Notes: generated by a model not told the origin, from the sequence alone. A stretch of DNA of 64,000 bases from Pseudomonadota bacterium (GCA_036340215.1 JAYYZF010000006.1:6228-70227); one strand, 5' to 3'; shown: positions 10,379 to 24,842, numbered from the stretch's first letter. Program-made: numbers and translations.

Positions 10379-12472
10379 TTAAGATTTACCCTCTATAACT
10401 GCATTTGCAATATTTGTTGGAGCTTCAGAATAACACTTAAACTCCATACTATAATTGGCTCTACCTTGAGTAGCTGACCTAAGATCAGTCGCGTAACCAA
10501 ACATTTCGGCTAATGGGACCTCTGCGGTAATTATCTTACCAGCTGGCCCATCGTCCATACCATGTATGATGCCTCGACGACGGTTAAGATCACCTACAAC
10601 ATCACCCATATAATCTTCAGGAGTCACAACCTCTACTGCCATACATGGCTCTAGTAGAATCGGCTTGGCTACCTTAGCTCCATCCCTAAATGCCATTGAC
10701 CCTGCAATTTTAAATGCCATTTCGCTCGAATCAACGTCATGGAATGAACCATCAAATAACGTTACTTTAACATCAACAACTTCAAATCCTGCGTTGATAC
10801 CATTCTTCATCTGCTCTTGTATTCCCTTGTCAATGGCTGGAATATATTCTTTCGGGATGACTCCACCAACTATGTTGTTGATGAACTCATAGCCTTTGCC
10901 AAACTCTTGTGGCTCAATTTTTAACCAGACATGACCATACTGACCTCTACCACCTGTTTGACGCACATACTTTGTTTCTTGTTCTATAGACTTAGTAATC
11001 GTCTCACGGTATGCAACTTGTGGCTTACCTACAGCAGCGTCAACCTTAAATTCGCGCTTCATTCTATCAACAATTATCTCTAAATGCAACTCACCCATGC
11101 CTTGAATGATTGTTTGACCTGACTCTTCGTCAGTTGAGACACGGAAAGAAGGATCCTCTTGGGCTAACTTACCTAGTGCTATCCCCATCTTTTCCTGATC
11201 AGCCTTAGTCTTTGGCTCAACAGCGACCGCAATAACTGGGTCAGGGAATTCCATTTTTTCAAGAGTAATAATAGAGTCTGATGCACATAGTGTATCACCA
11301 GTTGTCAAAGTTTTTAAGCCAACTGCTGCGGCTATATCACCTGCAAGCACTTCTTTAATCTCTTCTCTTGAGTTGGAATGCATTTGAAGCAAACGTCCAA
11401 CACGAACCTTACTAGCTGAGATTGGTGAATAAACACTATCACCTGCCTTCAGAGTACCAGAATATACTCTAATAAAACTTAATGTTCCAACAAAAGGATC
11501 TGTAGCAATCTTAAATACAAGAGCAGAGAATGGTTCCTTATCATCTGGCTTTCTGATATCTTGCTCTTCATTTTCAAGGACACCCTTTATAGGCGGAATA
11601 TCTACAGGGGAAGGCATATACTCAATGAAAGCATCTAACAATGATTGTACACCTTTGTTTTTGAATGCAGAACCACAAAAAACTGGGCATATTTCAGTAG
11701 CTATTGTTCTTTTTCTTATACCTTCTTTGATTTGCTCTTCGGCCAGATCTCCTTCTTCGAGGTATTTTTCCATAAGCTCATCAGAGGATTCAGCTGCAGC
11801 CTCTAAAAGCTGCTCACGATATTTATCACATACCTCGACCATATTTTCTGGAATATCTTTAAGCTGATAAGTCATACCATAGTTTTCAGAATCCCAGTAT
11901 ATTGCTTTCATTTTTACTAGATCAATAACACCTTCGAACTCATCCTCTCTACCTATTGGTAACTGCATCGGAACAGGAGGCATGCCAAGTCTGTCAGACA
12001 TTTGGCCTACTACACGATAAAAATCAGCGCCAGCTCTATCCATCTTGTTGATAAAAGCTATTCTAGGCACACCATATTTGTTGGCTTGGCGCCAAACTGT
12101 CTCAGATTGTGGCTCAACACCACCAACAGAACAAAATACCACACATGCCCCATCTAGGACTCTTAAAGATCTCTCAACCTCGATAGTGAAGTCAACGTGG
12201 CCTGGAGTATCGATAATATTGATTCTATGTTTCTTGAATTGAGCACTCATACCAGCCCAGAAACAAGTTGTAGCCGCAGAAGTAATTGTAATACCACGCT
12301 CTTGTTCCTGCTCCATCCAGTCCATAGTAGCACCACCATCGTGGACTTCACCAATTGCGTGTGTCTTACCGGTATAAAACAGTATTCTTTCAGTGGTGGT
12401 AGTCTTTCCAGCATCTACGTGTGCAGATATCCCTATGTTTCTGTATAACTCTATTGGTGTTCCTCTTGACAC
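10379..12472 (-). CDS. fusA: elongation factor G
   Basis: 697 aa with [20 protein letters not shown] and NKMD motifs. str operon order. Confidence 0.98.
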   Translation of the reverse strand: MSRGTPIELYRNIGISAHVDAGKTTTTERILFYTGKTHAIGEVHDGGATMDWMEQEQERGITITSAATTCFWAGMSAQFKKHRINIIDTPGHVDFTIEVERSLRVLDGACVVFCSVGGVEPQSETVWRQANKYGVPRIAFINKMDRAGADFYRVVGQMSDRLGMPPVPMQLPIGREDEFEGVIDLVKMKAIYWDSENYGMTYQLKDIPENMVEVCDKYREQLLEAAAESSDELMEKYLEEGDLAEEQIKEGIRKRTIATEICPVFCGSAFKNKGVQSLLDAFIEYMPSPVDIPPIKGVLENEEQDIRKPDDKEPFSALVFKIATDPFVGTLSFIRVYSGTLKAGDSVYSPISASKVRVGRLLQMHSNSREEIKEVLAGDIAAAVGLKTLTTGDTLCASDSIITLEKMEFPDPVIAVAVEPKTKADQEKMGIALGKLAQEDPSFRVSTDEESGQTIIQGMGELHLEIIVDRMKREFKVDAAVGKPQVAYRETITKSIEQETKYVRQTGGRGQYGHVWLKIEPQEFGKGYEFINNIVGGVIPKEYIPAIDKGIQEQMKNGINAGFEVVDVKVTLFDGSFHDVDSSEMAFKIAGSMAFRDGAKVAKPILLEPCMAVEVVTPEDYMGDVVGDLNRRRGIIHGMDDGPAGKIITAEVPLAEMFGYATDLRSATQGRANYSMEFKCYSEAPTNIANAVIEGKS

Positions 12473-12486
12473 AATATATCCCCTAA

Positions 12487-12996
12487 TTAATTTCTACTAC
12501 CAAGATTTTGGAAGACTCGGTTCGCAGCAGCCATTTTATGTAGCTCGTCTCTCTTGCGCATTACTTCGCCTCTTCCATCTAAAATCTCTAAAAGAACTTT
12601 CGCTAAGTTATCTTTCATAGATCCAACCATCTTTCTAGATGCTGCTAAAATCCAACGAAATAAAATTGCCTTTTTTCTTCCAGAGGAAATCTCAACTGGA
12701 ACCTGGTAGTTAGCACCACCAACTCTCTTGGTTCGTACTTCTAAGGACGGGCAACCCTTTTCAATAATCTGAGCAAACAAGTTTACAGCCTCTCTGGACT
12801 TCTCAGCACCTGATACTCTGCTATTTTTCTTCTCAACAACTTTGTAAAGAGCACTAGCTACAATACTTTCTGCAAGCTGTAATTTTCCACTTACCATAAG
12901 CATCTTGGTGAATTTGTTAATATCTAAATCACCGAAAAAACGAACTTCAGCTATATTCTTATCATTACTTTTTCTTCTTTTATACGGTCTACGCAT
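12487..12996 (-). CDS. rpsG: 30S ribosomal protein S7
   Basis: Contains [29 protein letters not shown]. The start is taken at the ATG at 12996 (GGAG upstream), 13 nt after the rpsL stop. The ORF extension to 13080 overlaps rpsL. Confidence 0.93.
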   Translation of the reverse strand: MRRPYKRRKSNDKNIAEVRFFGDLDINKFTKMLMVSGKLQLAESIVASALYKVVEKKNSRVSGAEKSREAVNLFAQIIEKGCPSLEVRTKRVGGANYQVPVEISSGRKKAILFRWILAASRKMVGSMKDNLAKVLLEILDGRGEVMRKRDELHKMAAANRVFQNLGSRN

Positions 12997-13009
12997 AATA
13001 TTTCTCCAA

Positions 13010-13384
13010 CTAAGACTTAGGTCTCTTTGCACCATACTTCGAACGCCCTTTACGTCTAGCAGAAACGCCAGATGCATCAAGACAGCCTCTTATTACTCTA
13101 TATCTAACACCAGGAAGATCCTTTCTACTTGCACCACATACAAGAACTATAGAGTGCTCTTGCAAATTGTGCCCCTCACCACCAACATATGCGGTAACTT
13201 CCTTACCGTTAGTCAACCTCACACGGCAAACTTTTCTAAGAGCTGAGTTAGGCTTTTTAGGGGTAGTCGTGTAAACTCTTAAGCATACGCCACGACGTTG
13301 TGAGCAAGCCTGTAAAGCAGGTCTTTTTGTAACTCGTCTTTTCCTAACTCTAGGTTTTCTACATAACTGATTAATTGTTGCCAT
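13010..13384 (-). CDS. rpsL: 30S ribosomal protein S12
   Basis: Begins [12 protein letters not shown] and contains [20 protein letters not shown], canonical S12. Confidence 0.97.
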   Translation of the reverse strand: MATINQLCRKPRVRKRRVTKRPALQACSQRRGVCLRVYTTTPKKPNSALRKVCRVRLTNGKEVTAYVGGEGHNLQEHSIVLVCGASRKDLPGVRYRVIRGCLDASGVSARRKGRSKYGAKRPKS

Positions 13385-13423
13385 AATTCATCCACTATTA
13401 GCTGTCATTCACAAAATTTGATA

Positions 13424-13452
13424 ATTTTAAGAAGCAATAGCATAATTGTCAA
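13424..13452 (-). promoter_or_regulatory. sigma70-type promoter of the str operon (rpsL-rpsG-fusA-tuf)
   Basis: Minus strand TTGACA (13452-13447), 17 nt spacer, TAAAAT (13429-13424), about 40 nt upstream of the rpsL ATG. The -35 lies inside an 8-bp inverted repeat, GCATAATT/AATTATGC. Confidence 0.5.
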
Positions 13453-13535
13453 GATAATTATGCTAAACTACTAAAATTATATGAAAAAGATATTATTATA
13501 GTCTTTTTCTCTACCTATATAATTCAAAAACTGAT

Positions 13536-16500
13536 TTACTCACTAGGAGCTTCAGATTCATCATTATTCAACTCTTCTCTCAGAGCTGTATCAATATCGT
13601 CTTTAGTTGCCATTATATTGCCAGAATCAATCTTATTTTGCTTAATGTTCTGGTGGTACATAAACCCAGTTCCAGCAGGTATTATTCTACCAACTAGAAC
13701 GTTCTCTTTCAAACCTCGCAGCATGTCTGAACGACCATTTACTGAAGCCTCAGTCAGAACCCTAGTGGTCTCCTGGAAAGATGCAGCTGATAAGAAGGAC
13801 GTTGTTGACAACGAAGCTTTTGTTATTCCCATAAGTACTGGCATAGCAGTTGCTGGAATTTCATTATCAGCAATACTACTATTTGCGTCATCTAATAACT
13901 CAACGTCAATGGACTCACCCTTAACTAGGTCCGTATCACCAGGATTAGTTACTTCGCACTTACGTAACATCTGTCTAACTATAACTTCTATATGCTTATC
14001 ATTTATCTTAACACCCTGCAGCCTGTAGACATCTTGTACTTCATTAATCATATAAGATGCAAAACTACCAACTCCAAGCAATCTTAGGATTGCATGAGGG
14101 TCTTCAGAGCCATCAACAAGGATATCACCTTTGCTTACATACTCCCCTTCAAAAGCAATAATAGGACGCCACTTTGGCACTAATTCTTCGTAAACTTCAC
14201 CTGTCTTAGAATTTGTAATGACTAGACGACGCTTATCTTTTGTTTCTTTACCGTAGCTGATATTACCACTAATTTCAGCTAATATAGCAGTATCTTTACC
14301 CTTTCTCGCTTCAAATAAATCAGCAACTCGTGGTAAACCACCAGTAATATCTCCTGTTTTCGAGCCTTCTTGAGGAATCCTTGCAATAACGTCACCAACG
14401 CCAACGCTATCACCGTTATTAATATTAATAATTGTACCTTCAATTAACATATAGTTTGCAGGTAGTTTACTATCAGGCAAAGTTAAGCTTGCGCCATTTT
14501 CATCTAACAACCTAATCATTGGCTTATGACTCTCACCAGAAGATTTTTGATCTCCCTGTGGACTAACTACCATACTTGATAGACCTGTAAGATCATCAGT
14601 CTGTTGTGTAACAGTGACACCATCAATCATATCAACAAATTCAATAGAGCCAGAAACTTCAGAAATAATCGGTCTTGTATGAGGATCCCATTCAGCTACT
14701 ACTGAACCAAGTTCAACGCTAGAACCATCTTTAACCATCAAAGTAGTACCATAAGCTATCTTATAACGTTCGCACTCTCTGCCACTTGAATCTATAACAT
14801 TTAAGTCACCTGAACGAGAAACAACTACTAAGTTGCCAGATTCATGATGCTCTACCGTTTTCAAGTTATTTAACTTGATAGTACCCTTTGTCCTTACTTG
14901 GATACTGTTAGCAGCAGTAGCCCTAGACGCAGCACCCCCGATGTGGAAAGTACGCATTGTTAGCTGTGTACCTGGCTCACCAATTGACTGAGCAGCAATT
15001 ACCCCAACAGCCTCACCAATATTTACTAAGTGGCCTCGTGAAAGGTCTCTACCATAACAAAGGGCACAAATACCATGCTTAGTTTCACAGGTTATAGAAG
15101 ATCTTACTTTAAGTTTATCAATACTATGCTTTTCAATAATATCTAGACTTGAATCTAATAACTCAACTCCTTTTGCAACAAGGACATTGCCGTCTTTATC
15201 AAGGACGTCTTCAGCTAAGACTCTACCTATTACTCTATCGCGCAATGGAACTACAACCTCACCACCTTCGATATGAGGTGTTAATTCTAAACCAGCAGAA
15301 GTACCACAATCGTACTGAGTCACCACAACATCTTGAGCAACATCAACCAATCTTCTAGTCAAATAACCGGAGTTAGCAGTTTTCAATGCAGTATCCGATA
15401 ACCCCTTTCTGGCACCATGAGTTGATATAAAGTACTCATCAATCTCAAGCCCTTCTCTAAAGTTAGCAACAATTGGAGTCTCAATAATGGAGCCATCAGG
15501 TTTAGCCATAAGACCCCTCATACCTGCTAACTGTCTAATCTGAGCAGCAGAACCCCTAGCCCCTGAATCAGCCATCATGTAAATAGAGTTAAAAGATGCT
15601 TGGGAGTGAACTTTTCCTTTACTATCTGCAACGTCTTGGAATGACATCTTCTTCATCATCTCAACAGCAACTTCATCATTAGTATTAGACCATATATCTA
15701 TAACCTTGTTCTTTCTTTCACCATCTGTTAACAAACCAGTAGTAAATTGTTTTTCAACGGATTCAACCTCGTCCTTAGCTTTTGCGATTAGGTCTCCTTT
15801 TGCTCCAGGAATAATAAGATCATCAAGGCCAATTGAAGCGCCAGAATTAGTTGCATTCTTGAAACCAAGATACATAAGTTGGTCAGCTAAAATAACTGTT
15901 TCTTTCGTACCAAGAGCCCTGTATGCGAGCTGCATTAAAGCTGATAGCTCTTTTTTCTTCATAACTTTGTTGATAGCATCAAAGGGTAGCCCCTTTGGAA
16001 ATACATCCCAAAGTAAGCAGCGCCCTACAGTTGTATCAACAACACGAGATTTCTCCTGAGTTTTGCCATCTGCATCTTTTATTGATTCTGTTATCCTGAC
16101 TTTTACCTTAGCATGTATATGAACCTTCTCGAGGTCATAAGAACGCCTAACTTCATCTATGTCAGCAAAAATCATGCCCTCACCGGCCACATTAATTGCC
16201 TCTCTGGTCATATAGTAAAGCCCCAAGACTATATCTTGTGTTGGAACTATAATTGGGTCACCACTTGACGATGACAAAATATTATTCGTAGACATCATTA
16301 AGCAACGAGCTTCTATTTGAGCTTCGATAGTTAATGGTACGTGTACAGCCATTTGGTCACCATCAAAGTCAGCATTGTAAGCCGTACAGACTAATGGGTG
16401 TAATTGAATAGCCTTTCCTTCAATCAAAGTCGGCTCAAATGCTTGAATACCTAACCTATGCAAAGTTGGTGCCCTGTTTAGTAACACTGGGTGTTCACGA

Positions 16501-17750
16501 ATAACTTCTTCTAACACATCCCATACAACTGGCATTTCTTTTTCTATCATCCTCTTAGCAGCTTTGATGGTAGATGCAAGCTCAAGATTCTGTAGACGCC
16601 CGAGAACAAAAGGCTTAAATAGCTCAAGAGCCATTTTCTTCGGTAGGCCGCATTGGTGCAACTTCAATGTTGGACCCACAACAATTACGGATCTTCCGGA
16701 ATAATCTACACGCTTCCCAAGGAGGTTTTGTCTAAAACGACCTTGCTTTCCACGAATCATATCAGCTAATGACTTAAGTGGCCTTTTATTAGTTCCAGTT
16801 ACTACTCTACCTCTTCTCCCATTATCGAAGAGAGCATCAACAGACTCCTGTAACATTCTTTTTTCATTACGCACTATTATATCAGGAGCGCCGAGTTCAA
16901 GTAGTCTTCTCAACCTATTATTTCGATTAATAACACGACGATAGAGGTCATTTAAGTCAGATGTTGCAAATCTACCTCCGTCTAAAGGTACTAAAGGCCT
17001 AAGGTCTGGTGGTAATACTGGTAATACTGTCATAATCATCCATTCAGGCTTATTCTTAGACTGAACGAATGCTTCTAAAATTTTTAATCTCTTAGTGAGT
17101 CTCTTTAACTTAGTCTCTGAATTAACAGAAAAAAGTTGCTTCTTAATATCTACAAGCTCTTTATTAATATCCATGCCTTTAAGAAGCTCATATATACCCT
17201 CAGCTCCCATCATGGCATCAAAGTCATCACCATATTCTTCTTGTGCGTCAAGGAAGGCATCCTCACTGAGTAGGCTTCCTTTATCTAGAGGAGTCATGCC
17301 TGGATCAGTTACTACGTAAGCCTCAAAATAGAGCACTCTCTCGATGTCACGTAAAGTCATATCAAGTAACAGACCAATTCTAGATGGTAATGATTTTAAG
17401 TACCAAATGTGGGCAACTGGACTAGCAAGTTCGATATGCCCCATACGTTCGCGTCTTACTTTAGACAGGGTTACTTCAACACCACATTTCTCACATACAA
17501 CGCCACGATGCTTTAAACGCTTGTATTTACCACACAAGCACTCATAGTCTTTGACTGGGCCAAATACGCTACAGCAAAACAAACCTTTCTTTTCAGGTTT
17601 AAAAGTCCTGTAATTAATAGTTTCAGGTTTTTCTACCTTCCCGTAAGATAAGGAAATTATCTTCTCTGGTGATAATAACCCAACTACAACCTCATCAAAA
17701 TAATTACTAGATGAACTTTGCTTTAACAGACTTTGTAAATACTCGCTCAA
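13536..17750 (-). CDS. rpoC: RNA polymerase beta-prime subunit
   Basis: 1404 aa with the [12 protein letters not shown] catalytic motif and an N-terminal zinc motif ([20 protein letters not shown]). Confidence 0.98.
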   Translation of the reverse strand: MSEYLQSLLKQSSSSNYFDEVVVGLLSPEKIISLSYGKVEKPETINYRTFKPEKKGLFCCSVFGPVKDYECLCGKYKRLKHRGVVCEKCGVEVTLSKVRRERMGHIELASPVAHIWYLKSLPSRIGLLLDMTLRDIERVLYFEAYVVTDPGMTPLDKGSLLSEDAFLDAQEEYGDDFDAMMGAEGIYELLKGMDINKELVDIKKQLFSVNSETKLKRLTKRLKILEAFVQSKNKPEWMIMTVLPVLPPDLRPLVPLDGGRFATSDLNDLYRRVINRNNRLRRLLELGAPDIIVRNEKRMLQESVDALFDNGRRGRVVTGTNKRPLKSLADMIRGKQGRFRQNLLGKRVDYSGRSVIVVGPTLKLHQCGLPKKMALELFKPFVLGRLQNLELASTIKAAKRMIEKEMPVVWDVLEEVIREHPVLLNRAPTLHRLGIQAFEPTLIEGKAIQLHPLVCTAYNADFDGDQMAVHVPLTIEAQIEARCLMMSTNNILSSSSGDPIIVPTQDIVLGLYYMTREAINVAGEGMIFADIDEVRRSYDLEKVHIHAKVKVRITESIKDADGKTQEKSRVVDTTVGRCLLWDVFPKGLPFDAINKVMKKKELSALMQLAYRALGTKETVILADQLMYLGFKNATNSGASIGLDDLIIPGAKGDLIAKAKDEVESVEKQFTTGLLTDGERKNKVIDIWSNTNDEVAVEMMKKMSFQDVADSKGKVHSQASFNSIYMMADSGARGSAAQIRQLAGMRGLMAKPDGSIIETPIVANFREGLEIDEYFISTHGARKGLSDTALKTANSGYLTRRLVDVAQDVVVTQYDCGTSAGLELTPHIEGGEVVVPLRDRVIGRVLAEDVLDKDGNVLVAKGVELLDSSLDIIEKHSIDKLKVRSSITCETKHGICALCYGRDLSRGHLVNIGEAVGVIAAQSIGEPGTQLTMRTFHIGGAASRATAANSIQVRTKGTIKLNNLKTVEHHESGNLVVVSRSGDLNVIDSSGRECERYKIAYGTTLMVKDGSSVELGSVVAEWDPHTRPIISEVSGSIEFVDMIDGVTVTQQTDDLTGLSSMVVSPQGDQKSSGESHKPMIRLLDENGASLTLPDSKLPANYMLIEGTIININNGDSVGVGDVIARIPQEGSKTGDITGGLPRVADLFEARKGKDTAILAEISGNISYGKETKDKRRLVITNSKTGEVYEELVPKWRPIIAFEGEYVSKGDILVDGSEDPHAILRLLGVGSFASYMINEVQDVYRLQGVKINDKHIEVIVRQMLRKCEVTNPGDTDLVKGESIDVELLDDANSSIADNEIPATAMPVLMGITKASLSTTSFLSAASFQETTRVLTEASVNGRSDMLRGLKENVLVGRIIPAGTGFMYHQNIKQNKIDSGNIMATKDDIDTALREELNNDESEAPSE

Positions 17751-17795
17751 GAGATTTTCTCCAGAAAAATTGTTTTAACAATACTAGATATAGTA

Positions 17796-20700
17796 TTAAC
17801 CTTCATTTAGATTAATATCAATTCCTAGTGACCTAATTTCTTTAATCAATACTTTGAATGACTCAGGCATACCTGCATCCATAATATAATTACCATCGAC
17901 AATATTCTTGTAAACTTTAGTTCTACCCTGGACATCGTCTGATTTAACAGTAAGCATTTCTTGTAGAGTATATGCAGCTCCGTATGCTTGTAATGCCCAA
18001 ACTTCCATTTCCCCAAATCTTTGTCCACCACCTTGAGCTTTACCTCCAAGCGGCTGTTGTGTTACAAGGCTATATGATCCTGTAGATCTTGCATGCATCT
18101 TATCATCGACTAAATGGTTTAGTTTCAGCATATACATATAACCAACAGTAATATCTCTATCAAATGACTTTCCAGTTCTACCATCATATAGTTTAAGCTG
18201 ACCTGACTCTGGCAAATCTGCAAGCTTCAGTAAGGACTTAATGGTAGTCTCAGGGACACCGCCAAAAACAGGTGAGCTTATAGGAACACCAGAGCGCCAA
18301 TGCTTGGCAAGCTTTATAATTTCCTCGTCACTCATGCTTGTGTGATCAATAGCAGATAATTGTGAATGACTGATTATTTTACCTATGAAATCTCTTATGG
18401 AAGAGACACTTTCGTTTTCATCCAGCATGTTACCAAGCTTCAGTCCTAAAGTCTTCACTGCTATACCCAAATGAGACTCTAATATCTGCCCTACGTTCAT
18501 ACGTGAAGGCACACCTAGAGGATTAAGGACTATATCGACAGGGGTTCCATCAGCCATATGTGGCATATCCTCTTCAGGAATTATTATAGAAACAACACCT
18601 TTGTTACCATGTCTTCCAGCCATCTTATCACCTGGCTGAATCCTTCTCTTAACAGCTATGTAAACTTTTATTATTTTTATTACTCCAGGAGATAAATCAT
18701 CGCCCTGAGCAATTCTCTTTCTTCTATAATCTAAGGCTTTATCATATGATATCTGCTGCTCGTTGTAATCATTTACTAAGGAAGCTAGTTTCTCATGGCT
18801 AGCCTCGTCTTTTAACTTGAGTAAGAGAAGCTCATTATCAGATAAACTAGCAACCATCTTCTCTGTTAACTTTGTTCCAGACTTAAGAGTTCCTGCTCTT
18901 TCAGCTAAAGTTTCAGAAACAAGCATACCCCTCAAGTTTTCAATAATCCTGAGCTGTTTTATCTTAAGCTCATCATCTAAGTCTTTCTTCGCCCTAGAAT
19001 AAACTTCTTTCTCGATACTCAGAGCTCTTTCGTCTTTATCAACACCATCACGTGTGAATACTTGAACATCAATAACTGTACCACTAGCTCCAGATGAAAC
19101 TCTTAGCGAGCTGTCTTTCACATCAGAGGCTTTCTCACCAAAAATTGCTCTCAATAGTTTTTCTTCTGGCGTAAGTTGAGACTCTGTTTTTGGCGTAACC
19201 TTACCTACAAGAATATCACCAGGGTTAACCTCAGCTCCAATATAAACGATACCAGACTCGTCTAACTTAGCTAACGAAGCTTCACTCACATTTGGAATAT
19301 CAGGAGTAATTTCTTCAGGCCCAAGCTTAGTATCTCTTGCAACACAGACCAACTCTTGAATATGAACTGAAGTGAACCTATCATCTTTTACCACTCTCTC
19401 TGAAAGTAAAATAGAATCCTCAAAGTTAAAACCATTCCAAGGCATAAAAGCAACTAGTAAGTTTTGACCAAGAGCTAACTCACCTAAATCAGTAGATTGA
19501 CCATCAGCAATGATATCCCCTCTCTTGACTTGCATACCAGCTTTTACGATCGGTAACTGATTAACACATGTGTTTGTATTAGAGCGCATATACTTTGTCA
19601 TGTTGTATATGTCTACGCCACTATCAGTTTTTGTACTATTACCAAGAGCATCAGTTAACTTAGTATCAAGCTTTGTGTTGTCTTCACTATGTACTATTAT
19701 CCTTTGAGAATCGACGTAATGCACAATACCATCACGTTCTGCAACCTGAGAAACACCTGAGTCAGATGCAACTAAGGCTTCCATACCAGTACCAACTAGG
19801 GGCTTCTCGCTCTTAATAGTTGGAACTGCCTGACGTTGCATGTTTGACCCCATAAGAGCCCTGTTAGCATCGTTATGCTCAAGGAAAGGTATAAGTGATG
19901 CTGCAACAGAAACAATTTGTCTTGATGAAACGTCTATGTAATCTATTTTCTTAGGTGCAGTGAAAGTGAATTCACGATTAAACCTACATGGCACAAGACT
20001 ATCTAAAATCTCACCATCAACACCAATGCTGATATCAGACTTAGCTATGTAATAGCTGCCCTCTTCAATTGCTGATAAATAACAAATCTCACTTGTTAAT
20101 TTACCATCAACAACTTTACGGAATGGGCTTTCAAGGAAACCATAGTCATTGACTTTAGCATAAACAGCAAGAGAATTAATCAGACCAATATTCGGTCCCT
20201 CAGGAGTTTCAATAGGACAAATACGACCATAGTGCGTATGGTGAACATCACGCACCTCAAAACCTGCTCTTTCACGTGTTAAACCGCCTGGACCTAAGGC
20301 AGAAACCCTTCTTTTGTGTGTAATCTGGGAAAGTGGATTACAGTGATCCATAAACTGGGATAGCTGACTTGAGCCAAAAAATTCTTTAATTACAGCAAAA
20401 ATTGGTCTTGTGTTAATTAAATCCTGAGGCATGGCAGATTCTGAATCTGGATGAGACATTTTTTCTCTGACAGCTCTTTCAACACGTAACAAACCAACTC
20501 TTATTTGGTTCTCAACCATTTCACCAACTATTCTTACACGACGATTCCCTAAATTATCGATATCGTCTACAGAGCCTTTACCATCTCTTATGTCTATTAA
20601 AGTTGCTATAACTTCTAGAATATCATCTTGCGATAAAGTTCCATCGCCCTGAGAATTCTTACGCCCTAATCTCAGGTTTAGTTTCATTCTACCAACCCCA

Positions 20701-21950
20701 GATAAATCATAGCGATCCTCGGAGAAAAATAAATTATGGAAGAGCTTTTCAGCTGAATCTTTAGTTGGTGGCTCACCAGGACGCATAACACGGTATATCT
20801 CAACAAGAGCATCTAATGTTGAGCTTGCAGAATCTATACTCAAAGTATCAGAAATATAAGATCCACGATCAAATTCATTTGTGTAAATAGTATTAAATTG
20901 TTCTACCTTGGCTTTCCTAATTGCCTCAACTACATCAGCCGTAATAGTAGTATTTGCAGCAATAATCTCTTCACCTGTTTCTGGATCTATAATTGCAGAA
21001 GCAATTACCCGACCTATTAAAAATTCATCGTTCACTTCAAGAGTGCTAAGCTTAGCTTTTTTCATAGCCTTTATGTGCTTACCGAGAATTCTATGTTCTT
21101 TTTCTATTATTATATTTCCTTCGGTATCTTTAATATCAAATTTTGCTAGTTGACCACGCATTTGCTCAGGCTTTAAGTCGAATATAATATTACCGGACTC
21201 AAGTGTGAATTTGTTAAATTCAAAGAAGTAACTTAGTATCTGCTCTGTAGACATACCTATGGCACGTAGTACAACAGTGATGGGTAGCTTTCTTCTTCGA
21301 TCAATTCGTGCGAACAAACAGCCCTTAATGTCAAATTCAAAATCTAACCAAGCTCCACGATAAGGTATAATTCTTGCTGAATAAATAAGCTTACCCGAAG
21401 AGTGAGTTTTTCCCTTGTCATGTTCAAAAAAAGCACCTGGGGAACGGTGTAATTGTGATACGACGACTCTCTCTGTGCCATTAATAATAAAACTACCATT
21501 CTCAGTCATCAAAGGTAAATCACATACAAAAACGTCTTGTTCTTTAACTGATTTTACTTTTTTCTCTTTTTTCAGACTATCTTTGTCGTAAGAAATTAAT
21601 TTTACTTTTATTTTAAGCGGGGCAGAGTATGTAAGCCCCCTAATCTTGCATTCCCAGATATCAAAAGATGGTTGACTCAAGGAATAACTGCTATAGACAA
21701 TTTCCATGTGACCGGAATTACTCACGATCGGGAAAATAAACTGGAAAGCCTCTTCTAAACCAGATTTAGTTGAAACACTATCGCCTCCACCATGCAGGAA
21801 TCTGTGATATGAGGCAAGAAGTACTTCCACTAAATGTGGACGTCTGATATCGTCAGTAGAAAAATCAAAGGCAGCTGAGCCACTACTAGTGACTTTAGAT
21901 TTACCTAGATTAAGACGTGGCCTATTATCTATAACTTGCAGTTGTGACAT
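17796..21950 (-). CDS. rpoB: RNA polymerase beta subunit
   Basis: 1384 aa. Contains [29 protein letters not shown] and [15 protein letters not shown]. The N-terminal 50 or so residues are diverged. Confidence 0.98.
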   Translation of the reverse strand: MSQLQVIDNRPRLNLGKSKVTSSGSAAFDFSTDDIRRPHLVEVLLASYHRFLHGGGDSVSTKSGLEEAFQFIFPIVSNSGHMEIVYSSYSLSQPSFDIWECKIRGLTYSAPLKIKVKLISYDKDSLKKEKKVKSVKEQDVFVCDLPLMTENGSFIINGTERVVVSQLHRSPGAFFEHDKGKTHSSGKLIYSARIIPYRGAWLDFEFDIKGCLFARIDRRRKLPITVVLRAIGMSTEQILSYFFEFNKFTLESGNIIFDLKPEQMRGQLAKFDIKDTEGNIIIEKEHRILGKHIKAMKKAKLSTLEVNDEFLIGRVIASAIIDPETGEEIIAANTTITADVVEAIRKAKVEQFNTIYTNEFDRGSYISDTLSIDSASSTLDALVEIYRVMRPGEPPTKDSAEKLFHNLFFSEDRYDLSGVGRMKLNLRLGRKNSQGDGTLSQDDILEVIATLIDIRDGKGSVDDIDNLGNRRVRIVGEMVENQIRVGLLRVERAVREKMSHPDSESAMPQDLINTRPIFAVIKEFFGSSQLSQFMDHCNPLSQITHKRRVSALGPGGLTRERAGFEVRDVHHTHYGRICPIETPEGPNIGLINSLAVYAKVNDYGFLESPFRKVVDGKLTSEICYLSAIEEGSYYIAKSDISIGVDGEILDSLVPCRFNREFTFTAPKKIDYIDVSSRQIVSVAASLIPFLEHNDANRALMGSNMQRQAVPTIKSEKPLVGTGMEALVASDSGVSQVAERDGIVHYVDSQRIIVHSEDNTKLDTKLTDALGNSTKTDSGVDIYNMTKYMRSNTNTCVNQLPIVKAGMQVKRGDIIADGQSTDLGELALGQNLLVAFMPWNGFNFEDSILLSERVVKDDRFTSVHIQELVCVARDTKLGPEEITPDIPNVSEASLAKLDESGIVYIGAEVNPGDILVGKVTPKTESQLTPEEKLLRAIFGEKASDVKDSSLRVSSGASGTVIDVQVFTRDGVDKDERALSIEKEVYSRAKKDLDDELKIKQLRIIENLRGMLVSETLAERAGTLKSGTKLTEKMVASLSDNELLLLKLKDEASHEKLASLVNDYNEQQISYDKALDYRRKRIAQGDDLSPGVIKIIKVYIAVKRRIQPGDKMAGRHGNKGVVSIIIPEEDMPHMADGTPVDIVLNPLGVPSRMNVGQILESHLGIAVKTLGLKLGNMLDENESVSSIRDFIGKIISHSQLSAIDHTSMSDEEIIKLAKHWRSGVPISSPVFGGVPETTIKSLLKLADLPESGQLKLYDGRTGKSFDRDITVGYMYMLKLNHLVDDKMHARSTGSYSLVTQQPLGGKAQGGGQRFGEMEVWALQAYGAAYTLQEMLTVKSDDVQGRTKVYKNIVDGNYIMDAGMPESFKVLIKEIRSLGIDINLNEG

Positions 21951-21979
21951 TAACTTTTCCCCTAGAAATGCTATAATTC

Positions 21980-22019
21980 AAAAAAACTAATACAGCTGAC
22001 AAGGGTTGTTGCCAGCTGT
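21980..22019 (-). terminator. rplL-rpoB intergenic hairpin plus U-run (attenuator/terminator)
   Basis: The minus-strand RNA ACAGCUGGCAA-CAACCC-UUGUCAGCUGU forms an 11-bp stem (one G-U pair) at 22019-21992. It is followed by AUUAG and U7 (21986-21980). This is the classic position of the L7/L12-rpoB attenuator. Confidence 0.5.
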
Positions 22020-22044
22020 AATTAATATATATGAAGATAAACTG

Positions 22045-22431
22045 TTACTTAATCTCTACGCTAGCGCCAGCATCTTCTAACTGTTTCTTAATTTCTTCAG
22101 CTTCATCTTTCGATACGCCAGCCTTAACTGATGAAGGAGCTCCTTCAACTAAGTCTTTAGCTTCTTTTAATGCAAGACCTGTAATTGTACGGATTGCTTT
22201 AATAACGTTAATCTTTTTATCACCGAAGCTTGATAACATAACTTCAAATTCAGTCTGCGCAGCAGCCTGATCTGCCTCAGCAGGAGCAGCAGCAACTGCA
22301 GCAACTGGAGCAGCGGCAGATACACCGAACTTTTCTTCCATCAGTTTAACTAGTTTACTTACTTCTAGTACTGACATCTCACTAATATGGTCTAATAGAT
22401 CTTCCGCGCTCATTTTTTTTACGGTTGTCAT
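22045..22431 (-). CDS. rplL: 50S ribosomal protein L7/L12
   Basis: Contains [11 protein letters not shown], an Ala-rich hinge and [15 protein letters not shown]...[11 protein letters not shown]. Confidence 0.95.
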   Translation of the reverse strand: MTTVKKMSAEDLLDHISEMSVLEVSKLVKLMEEKFGVSAAAPVAAVAAAPAEADQAAAQTEFEVMLSSFGDKKINVIKAIRTITGLALKEAKDLVEGAPSSVKAGVSKDEAEEIKKQLEDAGASVEIK

Positions 22432-22461
22432 CTTTTTTCTCCTATTTAATTTATAAATTTA

Positions 22462-22992
22462 TTACGCAGCAGCTTGGTTCTTTTCAGCGTGAGCATTCAA
22501 GACCCTTGCCAAACTAGCAATAACTTCGTTAGCAGTCCTAGCAACACCAGTAACTGGTGCAACAAGAGTACCTGCTAACATTGATAATGCCTCATCTTTA
22601 GTAGGCATACTTGCCACTCTTTTAAGATCAGACGCAGGCAATAGTTCGCCATCAACAACCATAGCTTTTACTTCTAACTTTTCAGTTTCTTTCTGAAATT
22701 TAGAAACAAGCTTTGCTGCTGCTCCAGGCTCTTCCAATGCAAACGCCAGTATCATAGGACCAGTAAGCTCATCACTAATAGGTTTAAAATTAGTTTCACG
22801 AAGAGCCATTCTGGCTAAAGTGTTTCTGACTACTTTTACATAGACACCACCTTGTTTACCACCCTGACGTAACTTTTCAACTTGGGAAACAGATAAACCA
22901 CTGTAATCAGCCGCAACTAAAGCTAGTGACTTTTCTGCTACATCCGTTATATGACTTATGATCTGCTTCTTATCTTGTAATCTAAGTGTCAT
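22462..22992 (-). CDS. rplJ: 50S ribosomal protein L10
   Basis: 176 aa in the L10 slot upstream of rplL. Contains YSGLSVSQVEKLR and VRNTLARMAL. Confidence 0.9.
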   Translation of the reverse strand: MTLRLQDKKQIISHITDVAEKSLALVAADYSGLSVSQVEKLRQGGKQGGVYVKVVRNTLARMALRETNFKPISDELTGPMILAFALEEPGAAAKLVSKFQKETEKLEVKAMVVDGELLPASDLKRVASMPTKDEALSMLAGTLVAPVTGVARTANEVIASLARVLNAHAEKNQAAA

Positions 22993-23124
22993 ACCACCTC
23001 CTAAACTTGAGGACCAAAAAAATAGCGACTAAAAAAAATATAGCCACCGTCTGTACAGGAAATTAAGCCGTCACAGGCACCTGTAGTCTCTGACAGTAAT
23101 GCTTGCGCATCATCAGAAATTTCA

Positions 23125-23805
23125 TTAAATCTTTGTAACATCAACTCTCACACTAGGACTCATAGTCAATGACAAGGTTATACCCTTTAAGTAAACGCCT
23201 TTTGCAACTGAAGGCTTTAAACGACGAACCTCTTGAGTCAATACTTGTATATTCTCGACTAAACTTTCTTTGGAGAAAGAAGCCTTACCAACAGAACCAT
23301 GCACTAAACCAGTTTTGTCATTTTTTATTTTAAATTGTCCGGCTTTTGCTAATTTTACAGCTTCTGCAGGGTTAGTAGTCACAGTGCCAAGCTTGACGTT
23401 AGGCATAAGGCCTTTAGGACCTAGTGTCTGCCCAAGTCTACCAACTATGGGCATACTTTCTTGGGTAGCTATTACAACGTCGTAGTCCAGCTCACCCTTT
23501 TTCATATCAGCTGCTAAATCTTCAAATCCTACTCTGTCAGCACCTGCTTTGCTTGCAGCTGTAGCATCATCTCCAACGGCAAAAACGGCAACCTTAACTG
23601 TTTTACCTAACCCATGAGGTAGTGAAAATGAAGATTTTATATTCTGGTCAGATTTCTTCGGGTCCAAGCCAAGCTTAAAGCAAATATCAAAGCTCTCATC
23701 GAATTTGGCTGTTGCAAAACTTTTCACTTTTTCAACTGCATCTACTAATGGTAGTATTTCATCTGTGGCTTGTTTCTTTAAATTTTCAAATCTTTTACTA
23801 GTCAT
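23125..23805 (-). CDS. rplA: 50S ribosomal protein L1
   Basis: Contains [34 protein letters not shown] and [15 protein letters not shown]. The ATG at 23805 overlaps the rplK stop. Confidence 0.93.
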   Translation of the reverse strand: MTSKRFENLKKQATDEILPLVDAVEKVKSFATAKFDESFDICFKLGLDPKKSDQNIKSSFSLPHGLGKTVKVAVFAVGDDATAASKAGADRVGFEDLAADMKKGELDYDVVIATQESMPIVGRLGQTLGPKGLMPNVKLGTVTTNPAEAVKLAKAGQFKIKNDKTGLVHGSVGKASFSKESLVENIQVLTQEVRRLKPSVAKGVYLKGITLSLTMSPSVRVDVTKI

Positions 23806-24241
23806 TACATTCCTCAAGGTTAGCATCAATATCAACACCCATACTTTTTGCAGTACCAGCGATAATTTTTACTGCCGCAAATTCAGTGTCTGCGTTTAAA
23901 TCAGGCATCTTTACTGCTGCTATTTTTTTAAGCTGATCCAAAGTTAAAATCCCAACCTTGTCCTTATTAGGCACCTGGCTACCTTTTTTCAAATCTAACT
24001 CTTTCTTAATAAGAGCTGATGCCGGTGGAGTCTTAATAACAAAAGTGAAGCTTTTGTCTTTCTTAACTGTAAGCACTACTGGGCATGGCAAATCTTTATC
24101 CATATCCTTAGTTTTATCGTTAAACGCTTTACAGAAATCCATAATGTTAACACCATGCTGACCTAAAGCAGGACCAACTGGCGGACTTGGATTAGCCTTT
24201 CCTGGCATAATTTTTAATTTAACATATTTGACGTCAGACAT
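23798..24241 (-). CDS. rplK: 50S ribosomal protein L11
   Basis: Contains [34 protein letters not shown], canonical L11. Confidence 0.95.
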   Translation of the reverse strand: MSDVKYVKLKIMPGKANPSPPVGPALGQHGVNIMDFCKAFNDKTKDMDKDLPCPVVLTVKKDKSFTFVIKTPPASALIKKELDLKKGSQVPNKDKVGILTLDQLKKIAAVKMPDLNADTEFAAVKIIAGTAKSMGVDIDANLEECND

Positions 24242-24274
24242 TTTATCTCCTCTATGTACCCTGTAATTATATTA

Positions 24275-24823
24275 CTAGGCGCTTCTCTCAACCTGGGAAA
24301 ACTCTAATTCAACTGGAGTTGATCTCCCAAATATTAAAACTGCAACCCTTAATCTACTCTTATCGTAATTTACATCTTCTACAACACCATTGAAATCAGC
24401 AAAAGGACCATCAATAACTCTAACCATCTCACCGACTTCGAATAGAACTTTTGGCCTTGGACTATCATGAGTCTGTTCCATTCTATTAAGTATTTTCTCA
24501 GCTTCTTTATCTGATATAGGAAGTGGACGCTCCTTAGTACCACCTATGAAACTGACAACATTCGGCGAACTTTTAACTACGTGCCATGCTTCTTCATTCA
24601 TTTCCATTTTAACTAGCAAATAACCTGGAAAGAATTTTCTCTGACTTTTAACCTTCTGGCCTTTCTTAACTTCAACAAAATCTTCTTTTGGTAACAAGAC
24701 TTCGGTTACCACTTCTTCTAATCCAGAACGCCTAATTACTTCTTCTAGAGTAAGTTTAACTGATTTTTCACTTCCAGTCTTGACTCTGACAACATACCAT
24801 TTATGTTTATTTGAATTTTCCAC
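24275..24823 (-). CDS. nusG: transcription termination/antitermination factor NusG
   Basis: 182 aa. Contains [24 protein letters not shown] and a KOW motif ([16 protein letters not shown]). Confidence 0.94.
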   Translation of the reverse strand: MENSNKHKWYVVRVKTGSEKSVKLTLEEVIRRSGLEEVVTEVLLPKEDFVEVKKGQKVKSQRKFFPGYLLVKMEMNEEAWHVVKSSPNVVSFIGGTKERPLPISDKEAEKILNRMEQTHDSPRPKVLFEVGEMVRVIDGPFADFNGVVEDVNYDKSRLRVAVLIFGRSTPVELEFSQVERSA

Positions 24824-24842
24824 TGTATCTCACCGTTAAGAA

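Noticed and set aside
13618-14028. 136-aa plus-strand ORF, and similar ORFs at 15706-16059, 17095-17319 and 17344-17547
   Set aside because: All are antisense to the intact 1404-aa rpoC and have no recognisable motifs. They are shadow ORFs.
22993-23124. Possible ribosomal protein L10 leader RNA in the 132-nt rplA-rplJ spacer
   Set aside because: The position is right and the spacer is unusually GC-rich for this genome. I could not draw a convincing conserved structure by hand, so I do not call it without a covariance-model search (Rfam L10_leader).
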